Shown here: positions 12,352 to 22,412 of the stretch, piece after piece
Layout of the letters: every line of letters begins with the position of its first letter
How positions within the stretch are numbered: position 1 is the first letter of the stretch
Origin: Balanoglossus misakiensis
Taxonomy: Eukaryota; Animalia; Hemichordata
Assembly (NCBI GenBank): GCA_040954595.2
Contig: CM082576.2
Coordinates: 1,896,760-1,960,759, forward strand
Length of the DNA stretch: 64,000 bases
Reading direction: 5' to 3'
Notes under the pieces: generated by a model
What the model saw: the letters and a program-made list of their open reading frames with translations, nothing else
What the model was told of the DNA's origin: nothing
Databases searched by the model: none
Translations under genes and position numbers: made by a program

Positions 12352-14699
12352 ATGCAGTATACAAGAAGTACAACGACTTGCCACTGGAAATTCGTTCTTC
12401 CGGCGCTCGTCATTGCTTGTAGTTTCCATGGTAGCGAGGAGGTCCTTCAGAAAATTCAGTGGGGAACTTTGAAGGGACGAAGGATAGAGGTGCTTGGACG
12501 GCAGGTCGATGAATATCTTGGCGTGCCCTATGCCGAACCTCCTGTTGGCTCTTTGCGTTTCGCGCCGCCAAAACCATGGCAACACAATTGGAGTGGAAAA
12601 CGAAATGCCAAAAAATTCGGTAATAATTGTTGGCAAAAGCCAGACTCTATGTTGGATCATCCGGGAACGTCTTGGTGGCACACGAACGCGTCCCTCAGTG
12701 AAGACTGTTTGTGTTTGAACATCTGGGTACCCTGGCCAAGGCTGGACAACATGGCTGTCATGGTGTGGATTCATGGCGGAAGCTTTAATTGGGGCACCGC
12801 AAATGTACAGCAATACAACGGTAAAGTGTTAGCAACCACACAGCATGTTATAGTGGTGACATTAAACTATCGTCTCGGTCCGTTCGGTTTTCTTGCTTTA
12901 GGAATTCCTGAGATTCCAGGCAATATGGGATTAATGGACCAAGTAATGGCATTAGAATGGATTAAGGAAAATGTCGCCAATTTCGGTGGTAATCCCAAGA
13001 AAGTCACTCTATTTGGTAGCAGTGCTGGTGGAGCGAGTGTGGGTTTTCATATTTTGTCTCCGATGAGCAGAAATCTGTTTCGTCAGGCGATATTGGAAAG
13101 TGGAGTCCCAAATTCCCCAGCTTTACAACCAGAGACCAATTCTCCGTTCGCGGCGTATTTTACAAGTGCCTTTATCAATGATTTAGGATGTGCGACGGAC
13201 AGGGGCAATCAGACTGCTGTTTTGGCCTGTCTTCGTAGACAGTCCGCGCACAACATAACTTACAGCGACTTTGCAGATAGTTTACACTTTATCGTAGTTG
13301 ATGGAATGTTCATTAACGATACTGTCACCAATTTGATGAAGGCAGGCAGTGTGAAGCACGCCAACATCATAATTGGTTACGTGAAAAATGAAGGGATGAT
13401 CGATTTGGTGAGATTAGCTCCAGGGTTTTCGGTGGAAACATCAAGTGGAATAACGTATGAGCAATTTTTGCAAGCTGTTACTTACATCGTGTACGGATAT
13501 TATGGGGTAAAAGACTCGGTCAAACATGCAGTAAGTTTTCAATATACAGACTGGACTGATAAGAATAACCCCTTCATATTACGCGATGCTGTCGACTACA
13601 TTTATGGAGACTACATCGCAAAGTGCCCTAGTCTTGAATTTGCCAACATTTTCTCTGATGCTGGCAATGACATCTATTTATATGAACTAAAGAAGAGGTC
13701 ATCGGCAAGTCCATGGCCGCTGTGGATGGGCACTGTTCACGGTGACGAAATACCATACATATTTGGACATCCTTTTCTACAAGAGAATGGGGACAGAGAC
13801 GAGGCAGACATCGCCCTCAGCCGGCAAATCATGGGATACTGGGGAAACTTCGCCAAATACGGGTAAATTTGTGAACTGCCTTACATTTTCATTTATTTTC
13901 ATATGGTTATTTCGAGTTCACCGTTACTTTAAACAATTGTTTTACCCTTTTCCGTCTCCAAAGGAATCCCAATGCCCACAGAGAAGATGAATCATGGCCA
14001 CGCTATACTTCAAACAGCAGAGATTATTTGCAACTCTATAGCACGGATGAGGGAACCTCAAATATAAACGCTACTTTCCCAAGAACACCTTATTGCGAGT
14101 TCTGGAATGAGTACATTCCAATACTAACCAAGGAAGAGCATTCAAACAGAGAAGCTATGTCCGAGGAAAACAAGGGTGAATCAAACGCGAAGGATGAAGC
14201 GTCCTCAGACGAAACGATGATTGAATCTCAGCCTAATGATGTGGTTTCACAAGCAACACCAGCTAACGACGAAACAACTGGAATAGAAATGGTAATAAAT
14301 AAAGAATTGGTGGCCACAGGTGTGACAGGTAATGAAGAACTTCAAATGGTGAAACTGACCCGTTCTGTTTTATTTGGAGCTGTCTTAAACTTATTGAATA
14401 TGGAATATCCGTACACACAAAAATGCTCACCACTCAACACTCAGTTATAAAACAGTATGTGCAATGGCTATATTGAAGGATGTGGTTCAGGTATATTTAA
14501 ACACGCAAAGCAATGATCAGGGTTATCAAATTAAAAGAAAACCACACCTGACAATAACTTTTTATCTCTTCCAGCTTTGGTGACTCAAGGAAGCCCAGAA
14601 GTGAGGCCTGTATGTTCTGAGTCAACGGTCTTGTTTGTGTCACCGTCTATAATTGTGTGCATTATTTGTGGTAGTATCTACAGCTTAACAAATATGTAG
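12352..14699 (+). CDS. Cholinesterase-like type-B carboxylesterase (AChE/BChE family), ~666 aa, with signal peptide and probable GPI anchor
   Basis: Exons 12352-13862, 13964-14328, 14575-14699. Motifs: LGVPYAEPP, SEDCL, GNMGLMDQ, nucleophile FGSSAGGAS, acid KNEG, WMGTVHGDEI, and three disulfide pairs. The intron at AKYG|NPN matches the vertebrate cholinesterase junction. The last exon encodes a hydrophobic tail (TVLFVSPSIIVCIICGSIYSLTNM*). The ATG at 12352 precedes a hydrophobic signal-like stretch. Confidence 0.92.
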
Positions 14700-14917
14700 C
14701 CTATAAGATACCTTATACTATGAGGTTATTTCCTATACCAGTATATCGATGGTGCAAATACAGCAGTTTCATTACTGGGGCATTAATATATAATCCCCAT
14801 GATACCATTAGTTTTCTTTGTTTGATGTTATCGTATATGAATGCTTTTCGCGGAGCCGTGCAACTTAGAGCCGTAGGCGAGAAGTTGTACTGTTGTTCTA
14901 TTTAGAACGTGATATAC

Positions 14918-14923
14918 AATAAA
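14918..14923 (+). terminator. Candidate polyadenylation signal for the cholinesterase-like gene
   Basis: AATAAA about 220 nt after the TAG at 14699 and upstream of the TMEM26 promoter region. Confidence 0.5.
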
Positions 14924-15134
14924 TTTGAAATCTGAGATACAGGAACGGTGAAATGAATTATGTCGTATTTTTAATTTGAATAATGCGCTCACCATTGTCA
15001 TTATATTAAAACATTATTTTCGAGTGAGTGCGATCGATAACCGAGCTAAAGTAAGCCTGTAAGGACGCGGGCATCATGATTTCTGTTTCCAAAAGACTAG
15101 TTGCCATACCAACTCTATATCATTTACGCAAACT

Positions 15135-15172
15135 CTGATTGGTGGGACCGGGGATACATTATTTAAATATAT
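15135..15172 (+). promoter_or_regulatory. Putative TMEM26 core promoter (inverted CCAAT box plus TATA-like element)
   Basis: CTGATTGG at 15135-15142 and ATTTAAATATAT at 15161-15172, about 120-150 nt upstream of the ATG, which sits in a good Kozak context (GCACCATG). Confidence 0.4.
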
Positions 15173-15289
15173 GTAAATCGAGAGGGCGCATGCTCGTGTA
15201 CTACTGCAATCACCAGATTTGAAGTCAATCCGCAAAGTAAAGTTGCCGTTTGACTGTCTTGTCAGTGTCTATTCCAAGCCAGTTGCACC

Positions 15290-18200
15290 ATGAAGTGTGT
15301 GTCTGTGGGTATGGTCAAGGCGGTTTGCACCCGAATTCTATTCGCATGCCATGGGCTTGTCGCCACGTGGAGGCTGGTCGTTGTGAAGGATGATGATCTC
15401 TACTGGCTACTAATGATTCCTTCAGTGGCCATGCTTATAATAGAGTTACCGTTGACAGCAATCGCAACAAAAATGGGAGAGTGGAAATGGTATGAATGCA
15501 TTTTTATTTTTGATTAACTGCTACGCTAGACAGTGTTTTGTCCAATGCCCCATTGCGTCCCAAGGTCCCCATCCTGAAGTTATGGTTCTTGGTTTTAATG
15601 AGGTCAGTTTCATATACGGACTTTGGTGTATGGCATAACTATCATATATTTTCATGTTCACAAAATGATGTATATTTTACATCAAGGCCTTTTTTTCAGC
15701 ATGCATGAACATGATTCACTTGCTTCTACGCTAAGCTGCATATTGTTTCGAGAAAACAACCGTAGGATACTTGTGGAAAGACAACTTTTTAGTCTATATT
15801 CTGTTCAGTTATTATTAGAATTTCACTCTCCGCGTGATGAGTGCATAATGTCGACAGAATATTTCCATCTTATCCACATATGTATTTTGCAAGTAGAGCT
15901 GTAGGAATGTGCAACAATGGGATTCAATGTACCAATACAATAACAACATAATAACTCATATCATGAAAACAGAAGTAGCCAAAATTAAGTCAAAGGTCAA
16001 TGTAAACAGAGTCAAAATGTCAGTAATATAATACAAGTGACGTGTCGCTTTATGTGGCGATAAACAGCTTGGGTCAGTGTTTTTTCTTTAGTTTAGATTC
16101 ATCTTTCGCCTGTCTTTCCATTGTTCAAATTCACGATAGGGGCAACTGTGGCCCTCAATAAAAATCATACTCTCACATCCAATGAACTGTCTGCTGGCAA
16201 CAGTGTCAGAGATCACCTACCCATGATTTTTTATGCGAACACTCTCTAAGTTCTCACTGGTCAGGCACTCCCAAAACACAGATTGTTATTTGATCGTCTG
16301 CTGTGGACAGATGCAAAATGACACTGTCAACAAGAATACAGTCATTTATGCAACTTTAGCCACAGTTACCATGGGAAGTGGCGATCTAGCCAATCACAGA
16401 TCTTCATTGGTTGAATCTGCGCAAAACAGGTCGCCACCATATGTTATTTTAGAAGAGTTGGACACGCCCTAAACCATATATGGATACAGGAATATAGAGG
16501 ATAGAGGAAACATACGATATTTAGCTCACGTTTTCACACACACGTGAGCTGATGTCGTCGCCTTTTGTGTGACTGTATGTGTGTGTGTGTGTCTGTCTGT
16601 CTGTACATGTCTGTCTGTTTAGCACAATATCTGAAGAACGGCAGATCAGATTTCGATCAGCTCTGGTGCACACGTTCTATATGCGAATGACAAGAACTGA
16701 ATGGCTGCAATCCAGAGAGTGACTTAGCATTATCGCCAGCGATATTGCTGCAGGCCATATGAGCATTTCATTCAGCACTCGCAACTATTTTGATTGCAGT
16801 TCAAGGTGGATAGCAAACAAACTGCTGAGAATTAGCCTAATAACAATAACAATAGCACTGGATATATTGAAATGTCAGGGGACAAAGCAGGTTGATTATT
16901 AATGACATTAATGAAAAATATGATGGATACAAATAATAAAAGGTGATGTTAGAAGCATACATCATGCTGTGTAAGTTGGTTAGGTGTCATGAACGTTTTA
17001 GGTGAATGATTGATAAGGCCTATGTAACACCTATCCCACATGTTTCAAAAAACGAGGTTGGCGAGTTGGGAATTAAATCTTTTTTTATTGATGTCGCTCG
17101 AAATATTTGGAGTGATGACACAATACTTTAAAATAAAACCTGTCCAAAATTGAATCCGTCGTTGAAGATAATATTCTGGTGATAGATACAACTACAAAAC
17201 AACTACTATAGAAGTTTGTGGCTGACGTCATTGCTGCACTGAGTGTGTGTTTTGTATGCAGTTTGGTTGCGTTCCACAATCTTTGCTTTCATTTTGTCTT
17301 AATAGGTTTGCTCCAAGTGTATTTTTATATCTGTGCAATATAGTGCCAGCTATTTGGCTTCTGGAAGAGGAATTACTGGCCAAACGCCTCCATTTCGTCA
17401 AAAGTCATGGTCTGGGAGACTGCTCATCACTAGGGCTGAATCAGACTACAGACGTGCAGATAAACGGGGTATGCTGACAGCGAATTTTACTGATGCCAAC
17501 TGTGAAATCGCCACGTACCGTTCTATAAAGATCCATGAGCCGCTAATAAACATACAGACAACGACAACAGCAGTAATGCTGCTGCTAAACCAACAACAAA
17601 ACTTTCCAGTATGACAATGCAAACATCAGACAGAGACAGACCAGGAGAAATGCAGGCATATTTTTGTAATACTATTACTTATAGTAACATACTCCTTACA
17701 GCCTCCATAGCTTTGGTGGCTGGTTTGATCGCGATGACGGCCACCTAAGCCTACAAATCCATCCCATTTCCCTACGAACTCGCACTGCGGAACTCCAGTG
17801 CACGGAGAAGGGCCCATCAACAGAGAACTTCGCCTTATATAACGTAATCATACTCCTGAATAACTTGAGCAGCGTTGTAACCCATATCGACGGACAACTG
17901 CATTTTCGACGACATATTTTCTCTACGAGATCTTGCAATGCACCCTCATAATAAGTTCTTTCATGCATTTATTTTGTTTTTCTTTTTGCGAATATAACAC
18001 ACATCCAATTGAATTTTCTGTCATTTTAAGAATTTATCAGGGGATAAATGATCTGAACAAGAGTTTCCTCTGCGGAGAGTACGCGTTCAGTGACCATGGT
18101 GACTGATGCGTTGTTCACCCTCAGCCTCGTTTTGAACTATTCTCACGCCCTGTTCGAGAATCTCGTTCCGCATCTCGAAAACGGAGTAAACATCGTGTCC

Positions 18201-19192
18201 GAGTGATGGGGCCTAAATTTTTTCATTTTTTCAGCTTCAAAGAGTGCAGTTGTCCGTCGATATGGGTTACAACGCTGCTAAAGTTATCCGGGAGCGGGAT
18301 TACGGTTATATTTGCACACGGTAAGGCGAAGTTCACTGCTGACGGGCCCGGGTCCGTGCAGTTGAGATGCGCTGTGCGCGTTTTACGTAGGGAAAGAGGA
18401 TGGGGATGACCTTAGGTCCCGCCTTAGGTGGCCGTCAGTTTGATCAAACCAGCCACCTACAAGGCTACAATTATTGCAGCGACAGCCTCCATTGTTTGTT
18501 CTGTACAGGTAAATGTCCCTGTGAGTCTCTCCGACAATGATTGGGTACTGGCTTTGCAACAAGTGCTCATGTGCCTGCTCATATTGGGTAGATGGTTGCT
18601 GCCAAAAGGAAACATATCACGTGATCAACTGTCGCAACTGCTATTGGTTTACATAGGCATGGCAGCTGACATTCTAGAGTTTTCGTCCGAGAGCATAGAT
18701 GACATCACCGTCAAGTGCGATGAAGCATTAGTGAGAAGCATTCTGTTGATATGGACTTGGAGTCTTCTGCAGTTTACACTGGTTTTGACAGCCACAAAGT
18801 CCAAAAAACCTAGGGTTGCTGTCGACCGGAAAAATGACAATGGCATCGAAGTTGAAGACTCGGGATGTGGATGTTGCGAAACTGAAGTTTGGGCGATTCT
18901 GCTTTCAATAGTCCTGCAAGATGGGCCTTACCTCTCCATGAGGCTGTACTTACTGATGGACAGGAAGGCCATCAACCAGATGATGCTCTGGTTTACGACG
19001 AAAAACGTCCTGGTTCTCAGTCTGCAGCTTTACCGCCTGGTGGTTGTTTGCGTGGACAGACGACCCAAGAAGAACCTGAGACGGATAAGTGTCAGTGTTA
19101 TCGAAACGACACTGAGTGAAACTGTCGAAAACGCAAGTGATGGACATGGCGATATCCGACAGAGCATCAGTATAGGAGAAGATAAAACATAG
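15290..19192 (+). CDS. TMEM26: Transmembrane protein 26-like multi-pass membrane protein, ~348 aa
   Basis: Exons 15290-15489, 17306-17468 and 18509-19192 join in frame. TMEM26 motifs: A..TR.LF..HG, EWKWFAPSVFLYL...VPAIWLLE, LILGRWLLPKG.ISRDQLSQLLLVYIGMAADILEF, WTWSLLQF, LQDGPYL..RL, KN.LV..LQLYRL. Confidence 0.93.
16521..16700 (+). mobile_element. Truncated Helentron-associated (HINE/DINE-like) element in TMEM26 intron 1
   Basis: T-preceded 5' palindrome AGCTCACGT(16523-16531)...ACGTGAGCT(16542-16550), followed directly by a (GT)/(GTCT)n microsatellite and a short core. No 3' hairpin seen. Confidence 0.55.
17708..18467. mobile_element. Imperfect long inverted repeat (old MITE/foldback) in TMEM26 intron 2
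   Basis: Arm 17708-17902 is the reverse complement of arm 18245-18467, including a perfect 35-bp block AGCAGCGTTGTAACCCATATCGACGGACAACTGCA. The spacer is about 340 bp. The same peptide CSCPSIWVTTLLKL appears in ORFs on opposite strands. Confidence 0.8.
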
Positions 19193-22100
19193 AAGTTGGT
19201 TTTGACAACCCAAAAAAGTCTTCATTCAAAATGAGGCAGCTACAATGGCCTGTGTAAATCACTTTATTTTGAGCAAACTAAATCGTGTGTGGTGTAGTGT
19301 GGTATGTCATGTTATGGCAATGCATGGCAAAAAGTTTGATATTTCCATGTGTGAAAGGGCTTATCACTGTTATTGCAGAGACTTGATATTTTATGGTGGT
19401 ATTGATATTTGACATGACCTGCAGAAGACCTAGCATTTTTCTGATGATGGCTCTGGAAAGTGTAAGTGATTTGATCTTTTTGGGATATATCACGCCATGC
19501 ACCTTCATAGCCTCTTTAGCTGTTATTTTGTTCATTTTTTTTTGTTTCTTGTAAATTTAATTGCAAATTGGCTGGTTTAGTGATGAATCTATCATTCTAA
19601 TCTTCTTTCATACAATTTACATTTAACCATATAACTTGTATTACGGCGCCCTCATTAGTCGAGCATGTCCGTTGCCAATGTTCATGATGTTACACTGCAA
19701 TGAGCAAGGCAATATCCTATTCCCAGTCCCAGAATACCCAAGCCAGGACGCCCTCAATTGATGAAATAAGTTTCTAAATTGTGAGTACTAGTATTTCGGA
19801 ACTCCGTAAGTTACGGCAGTAGGTGTATAATAATAAATGTTAACACTGATTGATCCTCGTATTGAGATGCACATTTTAACTAAATTTATGTCTTGCAAGT
19901 TTTTTGGTGATCTTTTATATTTTAACAGATCTAGAGGTAGAGAGAGGGAGAGATACACACTTTATGTTGACTTCGAAAAAACTACAGACAATCTTCCATG
20001 TTTTCCTCTTGTTTTATGAAATATAAAAAATCCTAAATCCCGAATCGCGACGTCAATTCTGGCGTGAAAACGTCAACTTTAGCAATGCTTCAATAATAAC
20101 AAACAACTGGGAAACAAGGCATAGTTTAGATTTTAAAATAGGAAGGTAGATCAAGCGAGTTATGAGAATCTCGTTTTCTGTTGAAGATTCCAAACAGCGC
20201 ATTACATACATTAGTCATCCCGTACCGCCTGAATACTTGATAACCATTCTGCAGAGAAACAGCAAGTGATCGTGTTCTGAAAGCGGGGTCGGGAATTTGA
20301 GATTACATGCCCACGTTATATTTATCCCTGCAGACATATATGCTTTGCGAGGAAGTCTTTTTATTCCGAGGAATAATTCTAAGAGCAGACCTATCCGTGC
20401 TTTTTACCACACGTGTCGGTTGTGAGGTCACATCAAGATGCTGTGCGCGATTGTTGGGCGTGAATTTCTCATCGTACCGTGTTGCCCCGTGGATGTATCA
20501 TTAAGACGCTGGCATTTTAAAAGTCGAATCTTTCCACATATTCGTTCAACCCGCTCTTCAAACTAAAACCTTGGGCTTTTTCTGTCGAGGCCGCTGCTGC
20601 TTCCGTTTCCTCAAGGGGGTGCCATGGTTACCAAGCAGAAATAATGCAAAAGGCAATGGTTATTCATTCATAAAAAAACTTGCGTTAGTGATTCACAATA
20701 ACGCCGACTGCAGTTTTTCTTTTTGATATCACATTTGCTTCGGGGCATTACACGATGTCGTGACACCCATTACAATTGATGCACTTCCAAGGTTTGACAA
20801 ATTATCAGCAATCGGACTTCACATGTGCGTCATAGGTTTTCATCCACTTGTTCCAGCCTTGCATGAGAAATATCAACAAGGAAATTAGAAATAACCGTTA
20901 TATGATAGTTTGAGGCTATTTATCCCCCCCCCCCAAAGTTCATGCTGAAAATTACACGACCCACATGCAAAATGCACAGTGGCGTTTTAATATGTAAAAC
21001 AGCAAGTAACAATTTTTTCCCATATAACAGACCGTTCAATTAATGCATTGGGCGAAGCAATTTTGAAATTTACTAAACTGCAATTTGAAATCGTAGCGAT
21101 AGATTAATGACAAATAGGTTTCCAGTAAAATATACTTTCTATAATGTATTTTCTCCGTGGGATAGTATGCTTTGGGATCATGTATAACAATAAATGAAAT
21201 TGACAACAAGAGCTGACGTCATAATTGATAATGATATCGTATTTTGGGACTTTTGCAGAGTCTGAAGTCCTCAGTTGTGTGTGCAAAACAATGTATTATG
21301 TAAGATCTATCTTGATATTTCAGTCTCCAAGCCGATATGTAAAATTTAGTATAGTGATTCAACATGATCATGTTACAGCCAGGATTCCGCTTGTCTCTTA
21401 AAGGTGGCTGATCCATTTGTGAGGAAGCATGATAGATAGGTTTATGAAAAGCATCGGTGACTGAATTTCTAGTTTATGATCTGAACAGGTTGATATCATA
21501 CCATGGAAGGTGTCTTAACTACTTTTCACCCAAAATTAACCAACCACATGTGCGGTTTTTTTCTGAGTTTAAATGATGATTTGACAAAGAAAGATAGAAC
21601 CGAATAATGACTCCTGGGATGATAAAATGTGTCTTGAAGTCTTGGTCGTATTCCACAACATTTTCAACTGATTATGTATGCCTGTCAGATTTTATCAGAT
21701 TCATTTCTCTGATTTCATTAACCTTCTAATATATAATTTAAAGGCCGTGTCTCATTGACTAGTAGCTTTTATCGCCTTTTCGGCAATCCACAAAGTAGCA
21801 TAGATTTTCCGTCTGTTAAAAACGGATAACTTTATTGTATATAACATAAAGCTGAACATTTACAGAGTATTGCAATCATAGTTAAATATATCTTTTATAT
21901 AATCACATAACAATTTGCATGATTCCTATGTATATCTGTGAGTCTTTATAATTCATTGTCTGTCTGTCGGTTTGTCATTTCTGGTATATCGCTTTGAAAT
22001 TAAAATCCTGTAAAGTCAGGGATAAAAGTACGGATTCTTTCACGTTCGATGTATGCCAATATGTTGGTAGCAAAAATGTAATCTAAACAAATAGTGCGGT

Positions 22101-22412
22101 ATCAATCCGCCAACCTTCTATGACAAAAAATTCCGGAACGTGTATTACAATTGCATGTTATACGGTGGTAAGATTTGCAGTGTTCAATGGTAAATGTTTG
22201 AGTATGGTGTGGGTACAAAACATCATACGATCTATACTTCAAAACGTTTCTACAAACAACCGTAAGTGCATGGTGATTGTCTTTTTCGTAAATGATATTG
22301 TTGTTGTTCTATCGTGCAGAATGCGTTGCCAATAACCGGCAGAGGCCACAAAACACAGACTTAAATTGCCCTATAATTTGACGACATAATTCGGGATGTA
22401 CAATATCATCTA

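Noticed and set aside
12259-12813. 184-aa minus-strand ORF
   Set aside because: Antisense to the cholinesterase exon, with no motifs.
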